From assembly GCF_006345805.1 (NCBI RefSeq), contig NC_043018.1, positions 20,336,001-20,400,000 on the forward strand: a stretch of 64,000 nucleotides of DNA. Reading direction: 5' to 3'. A program made the translations under genes and the position numbers. The notes beneath the pieces were generated by a model. It was not told where the DNA came from, made no database searches, and saw only the letters and a program-made list of their open reading frames with translations. Shown here in pieces: positions 28,638-43,371 of this stretch. Positions within the stretch are counted from its first letter, which is position 1. Every line of letters starts with the position of its first letter. The stretch is from Octopus sinensis. Its lineage: Eukaryota.

Positions 28638-31232
28638 ACCCAGTATATTCTGTAAAGGGGTTGGCACTAGGGACGGCATCCAGCTGTGAATCCATGCCAA
28701 AGCAGAGATTGGACCCAACTGGATCCTTTCAAACTATCCAGCTCATGCCAACATGGAAGACAAACATTAAATGATGCTGACGATGATGATGATGATGATG
28801 ATAATATCACTGACCATTATTTTTAAGAATCCCCACTTCAATGGGGTAAATCCTGCACTTCATTATCTGGGAATGTCAGTTTGAGTTCAGATATGTGCAC
28901 AGTTCTTTGATGAAGAAAATAAAGATGTTCAGCGCCTTATATTAAAATTTGCTAAAGCACTACTAACGTCATACAGTAGAAGAATACACACACACACACA
29001 GATCGTTTCTTTGATTGTGTTCCATAGCTACGGTTGTTCAACATAATGGCTATGAACATAACCCTTTCAGCACAATTTCTATAATTCTTATAACGCAACC
29101 GTAATGGCAAGGCAAAGAGAAAGCAGCAAAAGAACGAATTCAGAAACGCAAGGAAATATAAAGAGAAGAAGAATGATTCCAAACTCAACACCAATTCAAA
29201 GAATGAACATGCAAAAGGCATTCAAGCAATAATGCATAATAGCAAAACACTTTCAAACAAATTTAAACTGCGGAAAGAAATTGAAACTGTAAGCTCTGTA
29301 ATATATAATTCTGCTATGGTATAACTATGATGGTAAAGGTTTAACGCAGTAGCCCCCAACTATTTTTTATCTATGAACCCCTTTGGTTACTATTTCATTC
29401 TGGTGGACCCCACCAGAGCCATTTGATGTTTAACCCTTTAGTATTTAAACCGGCCATATCCAGTCAAAATATTTAATCTGTTTTATGTTCAAACTGACCA
29501 GATCCAGGCTCTCACACCTACCCTACAATGTTAATCTACATTAGGTAATTACACCATCAAGATCTTGAAGATATGAGATAATGCATGATTAATTCAAATC
29601 AATGGGAAATCAATAAGCATTATGTTTGATAGAATAATCAGAACACTAAAGGGTTAAAAAGTAGTTTTATAGATATTTCTTTCAAAAATTCCTATTTTGT
29701 TTGTCACACATTCTCTTGTATAGGCTGAACTATATATAAAAGGCGGCGAGCTGGCAGAAACGTTAGCACGCCGGGCGAAATGCGTAGCCGTATTTCGTCT
29801 GCCGTTATGTTCTGAGTTCAAATTCCGCCGAAGTCGACTTTGCCTTTCATCCTTTCGGGGTCGATAAATAAAGTACCAGTTACGCACTGGGGTCGATGTA
29901 ATCGACTTAATCCCTTTGTCTGTCCTTGTTTGTCCCCTCTATGTTTAGCCCCTTGTGGGCAGTAAAGAAATAGGTATTTCGTCTGCCATTACGTTCTGAG
30001 TTCAAATTCCGCCGAGGTCGACTTTGCCTTTCATCCTTTCGGGGTCGATTAAATAAGTACCAGTTACGCACTGGTGTCGATGTAATCGACTTAATCCCTT
30101 TGTCTGTCCTTGTTTGTCCCCTCTATGTTTAGCCCCTTGTGGGCAGTAAAGAAATATATATATAAAATGTCAGAGAAAGAAACTTAGCTGTTTCTGGCAA
30201 TAAATACATCATCACCATCGTCGTCATTTAACGTCTGTCTTCCATGGCGGCATGGGTTGGACAATTAGAGAGGAGCTGACCAGGCAGAAGACTGCACCAG
30301 ACTTCTGTGTCTGTTTTGGCAAGGTTTTTACAGCTGGATGCCCCTCTTAACACCAAACGCCCAGCAGAGTGGACTCTAAACTAAAATTCTTTCATGGACC
30401 CTTAATACACTTCTGTGGGACCCCAATTTAGTGTTTTGCTTGTGTACCCACCACCCAAATCTTATATGGCCCCCTAAGGTCATGTAGACCCTTGCTTGAG
30501 AAGCACTGGTTTAGCACATCTTTAATCTGCTCTACTACATCCTTGGATTTACATCATAGGTAAGTGGATATGACTGGACTTGAACCTACATTGCCAATGA
30601 ATGAGGCACACTGATTTTCTGTGCCTGGTACCATTCCACAGTTAAGATGCTGAGACAATGTTGGGAATGTTACTTACAAATACCTGAGCAGAATAACATT
30701 AGATTATCCTAGAGCACAACTCTTAACACAGTTACATACTAAAACCCAGTGTGTGTGTGTGTGTGTGTGTTGGGGGGGGAGGTGTGGTATTTATAGAAGC
30801 TGTTAACCTAGTTTGTAGCACAGAAACGTGTTATGATATAATATGAACAAAAAAGAGTTTTCCCCTCACATTAACCTTGAAGAAGCTATCGGATCTCACA
30901 TCATGTTTATAATCATATATGACACACATTTATAGCAAATCCCTCGATATTGTTATATAATACACACACATGTATGTGCTACTATATCTGACTTATATAT
31001 ATATACTAAACATCTACACAAGATGCTTGCTCTCTCTCAAGATGAATGCCACAGTATCATAGCGTTCTTATAATACACTGACGTTAAGTAGAATATACAG
31101 ACTGCTATTCAATATTAATACTGCTTCCATCACTAATATCTAAAATATATGTATATATTGATACTCACGCACACACAAATACTCAAACACACCACACACA
31201 CACACACACACACATCTATATCTATCTATCTT

Positions 31233-31280
<48 letters not shown>

Positions 31281-32078
31281 ACAAAATGGGACAAGAATGC
31301 AAAATATCCAGAAAGTTAGGTGATACAAAAAAGGGACAACATCCAGATAGATGGAATAAAGAAAACAAGGATGGGTCATTCGGAGTTTTGTTTCCTCGGT
31401 CGAGTTCCAGATTATCTTTGCAATTTCGGCTGGTTATACTCAAGATTGCTCCAATCTGGCTACTGCCAAAGAAAAACTAAGCTAAGAGCATAAGATTCCT
31501 TGGAAGAAAGCAGTAAATGTATAGGAAAACAAGGATGGAAAAAAAAAAACAGAGAATGTTACACAAATACAAATAACAGGACATAACAACAGGTGTCTTT
31601 CGACTAAGGACAAATTACATACATATATATATTTACTTTTATCTTTTAACTGTTTCAGTCATTTGAGTGTGACCATGCAGGGGCACCGCCTTCAGAAATT
31701 TTAATAAAATTAATCTACCCTAGTACTAATAATTAAAATTTTTTTTTTAAGCTTGGTATTTATTCTATCACTCTCTTTTGCTAAACTGCTAAGTTATAGG
31801 GATGTAAACACACCAACACCAGTTGTCAAGCGATGGTGGAGGGACAAACAGAGATACAATGAGACATACATAGCTCATCACCATCATCATTTAACATCTG
31901 CCTTTCATGCCTTCTGGCTGCCGTTACATTCTGAGTTCAAATTCCGCCGAGGTCAATTTTGCCTTTCATCCTTTTGGGGTTGATTAAATAAGTACCAGTT
32001 ATGCACTGGAATCAATGTAATCAACTTCATCGCTTTGTCTGTCCTTGTTTGTTCCCTCTATGTTTAGCCTCCTGTGGG

Positions 32079-32120
<42 letters not shown>

Positions 32121-32696
32121 ATGGGCTTCTTTCAGTTTCTATCAACCAAATCCACTCACAAGGCTTTGGTCAGCCCAAGGCTATACTAGCAGACATTTAC
32201 CCAAGGTGCAACACAGTGGGACTGAACCTGGAACCATGCAGTTGGAAAGCAAGCTTCTACCCACACAGCCACGCCCGCACCTATATATAGACATCTATAT
32301 GTGTCAATGATGTAAATGTATAACAGATTACATCTTCAATTCCATTCCACAGTTAAGATGCTAAGACAATGTTGAGAAGCGTTACTTACAAATACCTGAG
32401 CGGAATAACATCACAGATTATCCTAGAGTACAACTTTTAACACAGTTACATACTAAAACCCACTGTGTGTGTCTGTGTGTGTGTTGGTAGTGGTGGTGGT
32501 GGTGGGGGGGGGGCAGGTGTGGTATTTATAGAAGCTGTTAACCTAGTTTGTAGCACAGAAACGTGTTATGATATAATATGAACGAAAAAAAGAGTTTTCC
32601 CCTCACATTAACTACGAAGGAGCTATCAGATCTCACGTCATGCTTATAATCATATATGACACACATTTATAGCAAATCCCTCGATATTGTTATATA

Positions 32697-32727
<31 letters not shown>

Positions 32728-32729
32728 TG

Positions 32730-32771
<42 letters not shown>

Positions 32772-34157
32772 AACACACACATATACACTCACTTATACAT
32801 ACATACACTCACATGCATGTGCTACTGTATCTGACATACATATTACATACTATTACAGCTGCTGCTGTAATTGCACATGCACTAACATGCATGCACATAC
32901 ATACATACACACATGCATGTACATACATACATATACACACACATACATACACACATGCATACGTACACATATATGTACATACATACATACATATACATGC
33001 TTACATACATACGTACACACACATACATGTAGGTACATACATACATATACATGCTTACATACATACGTACACACACATACATATATGTACAGACATGTAC
33101 GTACATACATACATATACACACATACAAACACATGCATGTACATACATACACACATGCACATATACACATATGCATGCACATAAGTATATACTTACACAC
33201 ATGCATGCACAAACATATGTACACACACAAACATATACACATACATCTACACACACACATGCACATACATACATACACACATACACACATGCATACGTAC
33301 ACATATATGTATGTACATACATACATACATACATACACACACACACATGCACATACATACATGCATACACACACAAATACACGCATACATACACACATGT
33401 ATATATACACACACATACATACACACATATATACACTGATATTTTTACACGTATGTGCACAAATATATAAACAAATATAGAAACCAATGCTGCTGCTGCT
33501 GCTACTGCTGCTACCACCACCACACCACCACCACCACCACCACCACCACCACCACCACCACCACCACCACCACACCACCATTGCCACCCAACAAACACGG
33601 CTCAATCTACTGGAAACAGCAGGCTAGAATTACCCTTAAATCGCATGCTATAAGTCTTAAGAAGGTGGATACTTATGACCACCCTGAAAAATGTACTCTT
33701 AGATACACAATGCCTCACAAACCACAGAAAGAGAGAGAGAGAGAGAAGGGGGAGGGTAGTAAAGTCGACCTCAGTGGAATTTGAACTCGGAATGTAAAGA
33801 GCCGGAAGAAATGGTGCTAAGCAGTTTGCCTGGCATGCTACTAGTTCTGCCAGTTTCACTGCAACAACAACAACAACAACAATAATAATAACAACAACAA
33901 TAATAATAATTACTCTCTTTTTACTCTCCTTTACTTGTTTCAGTCATTTGACTGCGGCCATGCTGGAGTACCAACTTTAGTTGAACAAATCAACCCCAGG
34001 ACTTATTCTTTTTAAGCATAGTACTTATTCTATCATTCTCTTTTGCCGAACTGCTAAGTTATGGGAATGTAAACACACCAAAACTGGTCATCAAGTGATG
34101 ATGTGGGACAAACACAGACACGCAAATACATACATACATACATACATATATATATCT

Positions 34158-34188
<31 letters not shown>

Positions 34189-34437
34189 CAATGGTCTTCT
34201 TTCAGTTTCCGCCTACCAAATCCACTCACAGGGCTTTGGTTGGCCTGAAGATATAGCAGAAGATACTTGTTCAAGGTGTCACGCAGTGGGACTGAACTGG
34301 GGACCATCTCGTTGAGAAGCAAGCTTCTTACCACACAGCCACTCCTGCACCTGTATATGTATATATATATATATATATCTGCAGCAGTTACTCTATGAGG
34401 GAGTCCCTAAGTTGCAAACCGAAAGCGTTTAACACTC

Positions 34438-34495
<58 letters not shown>

Positions 34496-35415
34496 TGCTA
34501 TGCATAAAACTGTAGCCCTATGAGTCTCTTCATAACATCTGTTGATTAAGAATAAGAAATGCTTGTGCATACAGAATACCTGCACTTGGTTATAACCCCT
34601 TACATTATGAGTTCAATCCTCATGCAAGCCCACTTTACTTTTCATTCCTCAAAGATTGATAATTTATGCTGGCATAGAAGAGTAAGGCCACAGCCTATGA
34701 AATGCATTTGTCTAGATATGTGGCGACCCCATGACAAATTAGTTTTACATGCTGGCAGGACACAAAAAGCAGACAGCATACTCTGTAAAGTGGTTGGCAT
34801 GTTAGGAAGGACATCCAGCTGTAGAAACCATGTAACAACAGACAATTAGAGTCTGGACAGCTCTCCGATTGGCCAGCCCCTGTCAAACTGTCCAACCCAT
34901 GCCAGCATAAAAACGTACAGATGATGATGATGTGTAATCTTTGCTGAGACTATTTAGGATTTTAGTCAGGTTATGCACAAGCGGAGCAATACAGAATGTT
35001 GCATGTGTTTACTCGATACAGTGCTTTAGTAACTGTCCTGTTTGAAGGGCATTGACACCAGCAAATGCTTGGTAAGTCCTCGTCTATGGAATTAGTGCGT
35101 GTCAGGCGGAAGTTATCTACGATACAGGTCACTGACATTTGTATTTAAAAGAAAAAAAGGTTATCGATGAGAAAAGTGTGTTATCATCTTTGTAAAAGTG
35201 TCACGTGGTTCACAAGTAACACCGATCAGATTATTATTAAGAGAGCATAAGGAGGCGGTGATGGATATAATGGAACTTTTGAGCTGTGCTGAAATTAAAA
35301 GAATGTAAGTTAGAAGTAGATCTGTCGACAGAAGCCATGAAAAATGCAATCTGAGAGAAAACGTCTAATCCAAATTATGAAACCTGTGTGTGTGTGTAGT
35401 GTGTGGTGTGTATGT

Positions 35416-35460
<45 letters not shown>

Positions 35461-36657
35461 TGTGTGTGATAGGCAGACAGCTTTGTCAAGAGTTTGTTCT
35501 GACAGAATGTCGAGATTTTCTTGATGTCAAGGTCAATGCTAATATTCGTGTGTGAGAGAAAAAAGCTAAATGATTTTGGCTGATGCTTCATAAACGCATG
35601 GTTCCAGGTTCAGTCCCACAGGGAGGAACCTTGGGAAAGTTACTTTTACTATAGCCCGAGGCCGACCAAAGCCTTTCGAGTAAATTTGGTAGGTGGAAAC
35701 TGAAAGAAGCCTGTTATGCACGTGTGTGTGTGTGAATGTGCATGGCCTGTGGTTAGGCTGTTGCACCCACAGTTACTAGATCATTGGTTTGATTACTAGA
35801 CCAAACAGCATGTTGTGCTCTTGAGCAAGACTATTTCACGTTGCCCCAGTCCACTTAGCTGTGAATGAATCACCTGCAACAGAATCGCCTTCCAATCAAG
35901 AGGGAATGTTGGCTTACTCACCTAACCAGCAGAGTGGCATCATTCAAAAGCTTAAACAATGCAAAGCACACTGTGACCAATGATGTATAACAACATCCAA
36001 TAGTCTGGTTCATACCATGATGTGTGTGGTTGTGTGTGTGTGTGTGTGTGTGTATTTATTGTGTGTTGTGTGTGTGTGTGTGTGTGTGATGTGTGTGTGT
36101 GTGTGATAGGCAGACAGCTTTGTCAAGAGTTTGTTCTGACAGAATGTCGAGATTTTCTTGATGTCAAGGTCAATGCTAATATTCGTGTGTGAGAGAAAAA
36201 AGCTAAATGATTTTGGCTGATGCTTCATAAACGCATGGTTCCAGGTTCAGTCCCACAGGGAGGAACCTTGGGAAAGTTACTTTTACTATAGCCCGAGGCC
36301 GACCAAAGCCTTTCGAGTAAATTTGGTAGGTGGAAACTGAAAGAAGCCTGTTATGCACGTGTGTGTGTGTGAATGTGCATGGCCTGTGGTTAGGCTGTTG
36401 CACCCACAGTTACTAGATCATTGGTTTGATTACTAGACCAAACAGCATGTTGTGCTCTTGAGCAAGACTATTTCACGTTGCCCCAGTCCACTTAGCTGTG
36501 AATGAATCACCCTGCAACAGAATCGCCTTCCAATCAAGAGGGAATGTTGGCTTACTCACCTAACCAGCAGAGTGGCATCATTCAAAAGCTTAAACAATGC
36601 AAAGCACACTGTGACCAATGATGTATAACAACATCCAATAGTCTGGTTCATACCATG

Positions 36658-36693
<36 letters not shown>

Positions 36694-36708
36694 TTATGTG
36701 TGTGTGTG

Positions 36709-36743
<35 letters not shown>

Positions 36744-37664
36744 GGATGTTACTGTCACCTTGCTTTGGCCTCACATAATAGTTACGAGTGTTGCCATCAT
36801 GCAAACAGGGTCCCTTCCCTTATTTCCAGTCTTCCATGAAAACATGTCTGGTCAGGGGGAAATATTATCTTAGTTGGAAACAGGTGAGGCTTGGAGACAG
36901 GAAGGCCATGGAAAAGTGGATGGCACTTGCCCCAAGGTGCCACACAGTGGAATTGAACCAGACATCAAGCCGTCATGAAGCATACTCTTTAACTAGTTTT
37001 TAAAAAAATCAATAAAATAAGACAAAGCCACAAAAGCAAAAAGGCTAAACCAATCTTCTTGAACAAGAGAAATGATGGATCTTGTTTCCATTACGAATGA
37101 CACAGAACTGTCTCTATAAATTCTTAATAGCCTGACATGATTCTTGTAGAAATGGTAAATAATGGTTCGGGGGAGGAAGCTGTAGGGTTTTGATTTATTA
37201 ACCAATTCCGGTGGTTAATAGGAGCAGCACGTGACTAACATTATTATAATTAGGTCTTGAAGAGGAGTGAGATTAAAAGCAGGCCATGAACGAAGAGAGT
37301 TAGAGGAATTGGTGAACAGTATTGGCTTTATGCAATTTCTATAGCACTGAGCTGCTTTCTAATCAATACTAAAAGAACCAGCCATCTTAGTTATCATCAG
37401 ACCAAACTGGTTGGCTAAGGCAACTATGGTATTTGCACTGCTCGCAGGAGTCCTGTGATCTGCAAACGCAAACAAGAGCGACTTTCACAGAACTCCGCCC
37501 CAGTAAGAGAAACAACGAAAACCAACACGGAATAGTAAGAAAAAAAAAAAAAAAACAGAAAAAAAAAAAAAGGCAGAAACATGGAAATATATAATATAAT
37601 CAATAAAAGCTAAATATTTCATAAACGATATTATACAGAAATTTTATCATCTCTCTTGGTATAC

Positions 37665-37696
<32 letters not shown>

Positions 37697-40600
37697 GGAA
37701 ATACATTAACTTAATTACATAGAAAATTATGTTGAGCCTATTCAAATAATAATAATAATAAAGAACTGACCCATTAATGTAAATAGCAATGAGTCAGGAA
37801 AGCCAAGTTGAACAGAAAATAGAAGCGGCAACGGCCATTGGCTATTTTAAAACATTAAAACAGAAAGAAAAACAAAATGCAAAACAAAAGCAAGAAATAT
37901 TTCCATATTTCATTTTGTTTAATATTCTTCGTGGTTTGCGAAGAAGAAAGTCTACAACAGAAATTGTCATGTGACCAAAATGAAGTTGTCACTCGGACGT
38001 CGTTCCACTTAAAAAAATTAAGATATCCACATCTGGTGGTGGTGGTGACAGTGGCAGTGGTGGTGGTGGTGGTGGTGGTAGTGGTGGTGGTGGTGGTAGT
38101 GGTGGTAGTGGTGGTGGTGGTAGTGGTGGTAGTGGTGGTAGTGGTGGTGGTAGTGGTGGTGGTGGTGGTGGTGTGGTGGTGGTGGTAGTGGTGGTAGTGG
38201 TGGTGGTAGTGGTGGTGGTGGTGGTGGTAGTGGTGGTAGTGGTGGTAGTGGTGGTGGTGGTGGTAGTGGTGGTGGTGGTGGTAGTGGTGGTAGTGGTGGT
38301 GGTGGTGGTAGTGGTGGTAGTGGTGGTAGTGGTGGTAGTGATGGTGGTGGTGGTGGGGGCATTACTAGAGGGTTTGTTGGAATCAGGGTTCATTTGAAGC
38401 TCAGGAGCCTTAGATCAGCTGCTAAAGAGAGGAAAAGCATTGCCAGGAAAAATTGTCGGGAGCTGCTGAGGGAGTGAGTCATGACACCAAGTGGAGCAGC
38501 AAAACTGAGCAGAGAGGATGACAGAAACATCTGGCCCAGAGTTAGAAACAAACGACTCAATGAAGTTTATGATGACGTATGATAATTCGGTGACTCCAGG
38601 TGACTCTTGTGTCATAGAGGAAGGGGCCAAAACGCCAACAGCTGCCTCACTGCCCAACAGAACGTGAATTCCTGCAGTTTGGACATGGAGAACAATAGCA
38701 TCCTCAGTGTCCAAGTGTTTACTCTGAATACAATAAGAGAATTTAATGTGAGACAGATTGCCGTGCATGTCAGTCCTCATGTGTAGCATATAACCAAAAG
38801 AAAGTTCTAGAATCAGTGATAAAGCAGACCAAAACAAGCGGCACATGAACAATGGTCTGGTGCTGTGTCCTGGAGTGACTTGCCTTTCCCATCACCTTGT
38901 CCAGGTCCACTGCAAGAGTTGAACTCAGCAATACAAACTAACATCACATGATCACGTGACCGACCAGACCATCAGATATTGTTACACATGAAAGCGGCGA
39001 GCTGGCAGAAATGTTAACATGCCGGGCGAAATGCGTAGCCATATTTCGTCTGCCGTTATGTTCTAAGTTCAAATTCCGCCGAGGTCGACTTTGCCTTTCA
39101 TCCTTTTGGAGTTGATAAATTAAGTACCAGTTACGCACTGGGGTCGATGTAATCGACTTACTCCCTTTGTATGTCCTTGTTTGTCCCCTCTATGTTTAGC
39201 CCCATGTGGGCAATAAAGAAATAAGATGTTGTTACACATCACTGGTCACAATGCGTTTGCATTGTTTTTAGCCTTCGAATGACGCCACCCTGCTGGCTAA
39301 GCGAGCAGGTCAAAAGAAGAAAGAGTGGGAGAAAGAGTACAGCAGGGATCACCACCCCCTGCCGGAGCCTCGTGGAGCTTTTAGGTGTTTTCGCTCAATA
39401 AACACTCACAACGCCCGGTCTGGGAATCGAAACCGCGATCCTACGACCGCGAGTCCGCTGCCCTAACCACTGGGCCATTGAGCCTCCACAAACTAACATA
39501 CAAAGATTTAATAGTACTGTCACTAGTTGGGGCAAATTGTTCTTACCATGTGGCACACGTTTATTAAAAAGGTAGATGGTAAAGGGTTAAAAAAACCCCT
39601 TTGGTCATGAATGACAATGGGATTGCACCTAGAAAGTTACCCTTGGAGGCACAAGTCTGGGCAAGGTTGTTTATGGAAGACCAGCAGTTGCCCATGTATA
39701 CCTATTTCTTTATTACCCACAAGGGGCTAAACATAGAGGGGACAAACAAGGACAGACATAGGTATTAAGTCGATTACATCGACCCAGTGCGTAACTGGTA
39801 CTTAATTTATTGACCCCGAAAGGATGAAATACCACACTCCCCTTTTCATGCCACAAATGTTATCCAAAGGAAAGGCAAAGGGGCCGATACAGCTTGGCAC
39901 CAGTGATGACACAACTCGTATCTACAGCTGAGCAAACTAGAGCAATGTGAACTAAAGGGTCTTGCTCAAGAACACAATACACAACCCAGTCCGGGAATCG
40001 AACTCACTAACTCCTGATTGTGAGCTTGACGCTCTAACCACTGAGCCATGTGCCTCCACATAGTAGATACAGCCATTTGATAATTGTCATGTTTCTTATG
40101 TTATATCAAAGGCAACTCACCTGAAAAAATAAACAACTCTGAGAAAATAACAAAATAAGACCCAAAAAGATTTTCATTTTAGCAAAATGAATTCGGAGGA
40201 TAACATTCATCAAGAAAAGAGGGTAACATCATAGGTGCAATCCCATGGTCATTCATGACCAAAGGGGGTATTTACCCTTGATTCTTTTAGTAACAAATAC
40301 AGACACTGTTCCCCACTTACACAGCAACCCAACCATTATTAGCATTCTGCTTCGGTTCAGTGAATTTCAGTTGTAATCTAACTCTTTTGATGCCAACCCA
40401 CCTGAGACCACCTCTTATTCTCCAATACAAACTTCCTGCTATACTCAACTCCTTTGATATCAAACCGCTTGAGGCCACTCCTGTGGTTCTGGGACACAAA
40501 CTTACCATTTTAAAGTGATCTACATTAAAATTCCCCATCAAAATTTCTAGCTAATTTACGTTCCAAACACCATTTACTCTTTTACTTGTTTCAGTCATTT

Positions 40601-40916
40601 GACTGCGGTCATGCTGGAGCATGACCGCAGTTGAGGAAGTCGACCCCAGGATCCCACTTTAATAGTTGCAATATTAAAGTGAAACTCTTTGACATTCCAA
40701 TAGAAAGATGTTATTGTTTCAGTTTTGACATGTAATACTGAAATAGTGGAGGAGATATGATATTGTTCTGGGCTCACACTGGGCAAAAAGTTAAGCATTT
40801 TTTTGGCCTATGACACTACAAGGACCCTAAGTAAGGCATGTGTAAAATTTGAATGAAATTGGTTGTGTAGTTTTCAAGTTTTAGGGATTCACATAGACAC
40901 ACATTCTCATCTTTAT

Positions 40917-40972
<56 letters not shown>

Positions 40973-41001
40973 GTGTATGTATATATATATGTGTGTGTGT
41001 G

Positions 41002-41077
<76 letters not shown>

Positions 41078-43330
41078 AGAGTTCACGAAAAAAACAAAAG
41101 ACGAAGACAGGTGGTGTAGAAAACAAACAGATGTATTAGTATAACGCTCAGGAATAGAATAGAAAAAGTCTTTTATGTTTCAAGCCTACACTCTTCTACA
41201 GAAAGGGACACAGAAAAAAAACAAGGAGAGAAAAAAGAATGTGTGTAGTGGCTAATGATCTATCATACACACACACACATACATCACACAGCATGCATGC
41301 CTGCCGGCTGGTTAATAAACAGAGACAATAAACCGTTGGAGATTAACCTGCAAACACAGAATAGTAAATATCAGAGATAAGGAGAAGAAAGAGCAAGAGG
41401 AAATCTAATCGAAAGATCAATAGGGTGACATTAGTGTGGTTGGTTGTCTGTGTGTCTTACAGGCAGCTCAGCTAATATAGCAACCAGAGAGGAGGAGTAA
41501 GGCAAGCGGAATACTTATTGGGCTTGAAACAATCTTGAAGTCAGGTATGTGGGTCTCCGTTGGCAAATATGTTGAGATACGAAGGAAAGAAAGAAAGGGA
41601 AAAATAGAGCCGATCTTTAATCCTCAAATAAACAAGAAAAAAAAAACCCCAAGAAGAATTTATGCCAGAACTTCTATGACAGGAGATAAAAAAACGAATT
41701 TTGTAGGAGACGCTGTGACGGTAAAAAAAAACCAATCGAGGAACTTTGAAGGTTCCGCTATTGACATTATGGTAACTGTTGTGTTAATATTCAGATGTTG
41801 GTTTCCTTCTTTTTTTTTTTTCTTTTTCTGGAATTTGCACCATTAAATCTCTCACGTGGAAGGTGGCGATCTGGCAGAATCATTAACACGCCAGACAAAA
41901 TGCTTAGCAACAGTTCGTCCTGCTCTTTGTATGCTAAGTTCAAATCCCACCAAGATCAACTTTGTCTTTCATCTTTTTGAGGTCAATAAAATAACCTTCT
42001 GAGTGGATTTGGTAGATGGAAACTGAAAGAAGCCCATCACACACACACACATGTATATCATCATCGTTTATTGTTTAGCGTCCACTTTCTATGCTAGCAT
42101 GGGTTGGACGGTTCAACTGGGGTCTGGGAAGCCTGAAGGCTGCACCAGGCCCAGTTTGATCTGGCAATGTTTCTATGGCTGGATGCCCTTCCTATATATA
42201 TATATAATATATATATATATATAGGAGAGTTCACGAAAAAAACAAAAGACGAAGACAGGTGGGTAGAAAACAAACAGATGTATTAGTATAACGCTCAGGA
42301 ATAGAAAAAGTCTTTTATGTTTCAAGCCTACACTCTTCTACAGAAAGGGACACAGAAAAAAAACAAGGAGAGAAAAAAGAATGTGTGTAGTGGCTAATGA
42401 TCTATCATACACACACACACATACATCACACAGCATGCATGCCTGCCGGCTGGTTAATAAACAGAGACAATAAACCGTTGGAGATTAACCTGCAAACACA
42501 GAATAGTAAATATCAGAGATAAGGAGAAGAAAGAGCAAGAGGAAATCTAATCGAAAGATCAATAGGGTGACATTAGTGTGGTTGGTTGTCTGTGTGTCTT
42601 ACAGGCAGCTCAGCTAATATAGCAACCAGAGAGGAGGAGTAAGGCAAGCGGAATACTTATTGGGCTTGAAACAATCTTGAAGTCAGGTATGTGGGTCTCC
42701 GTTGGCAAATATGTTGAGATACGAAGGAAAGAAAGAAAGGGAAAAATAGAGCCGATCTTTAATCCTCAAATAAACAAGAAAAAAAAAACCCCAAGAAGAA
42801 TTTATGCCAGAACTTCTATGACAGGAGATAAAAAAACGAATTTTGTAGGAGACGCTGTGACGGTAAAAAAACCAATCGAGGAACTTTGAAGGTTCCGCTA
42901 TTGACATTATGGTAACTGTTGTGTTAATATTCAGATGTTGGTTTCCTTCTTTTTTTTTTTTCTTTTTCTGGAATTTGCACCATTAAATCTCTCACGTGGA
43001 AGGTGGCGATCTGGCAGAATCATTAACACGCCAGACAAAATGCTTAGCAACAGTTCGTCCTGCTCTTTGCATGCTAAGTTCAAATCCCACCAAGATCAAC
43101 TTTGTCTTTCATCTTTTTGAGGTCAATAAAATAACCTTCTGAGTGGATTTGGTAGATGGAAACTGAAAGAAGCCCATCACACACACACACATGTATATCA
43201 TCATCGTTTATTGTTTAGCGTCCACTTTCTATGCTAGCATGGGTTGGACGGTTCAACTGGGGTCTGGGAAGCCTGAAGGCTGCACCAGGCCCAGTTTGAT
43301 CTGGCAATGTTTCTATGGCTGGATGCCCTT

Positions 43331-43371
<41 letters not shown>

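Larger units (their letters stand above)
29347..30508. mobile_element. hAT-like MITE carrying three nested insertions
   Basis: Ends cagtagcccccaac / ttgagaagcactg; flanks gtttaacg / gtttagca (6 of 8 match, hAT-length TSD); internal pieces are the reverse complement of the 46069-46852 family. Confidence 0.7.

Noticed and set aside
38415-38852. 145-aa minus-strand ORF in higher-complexity sequence
   Set aside because: No recognisable motif or convincing splice frame. It may be a decayed LINE fragment but cannot be assigned without a search.
39405-39490. tRNA-like sequence as a genuine tRNA gene
   Set aside because: The acceptor and anticodon stems pair poorly and it continues into a SINE body, so it is treated as a SINE head. 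The same applies to about 39990-40060.
40317-40541. GNFNV motif (APE-like GDFN) followed by a gtaagt donor
   Set aside because: A single short motif with no supporting endonuclease context or acceptor; likely chance.
41170-41215. Hammerhead-like words on the minus strand of family E (CTGTAGA-a-GAGTgtagGCTT-GAAAC; also about 26605-26650)
   Set aside because: The core has T at the invariant A6 position and GAC in place of a valid NUH cleavage triplet in both copies, so it is not a supportable ribozyme.
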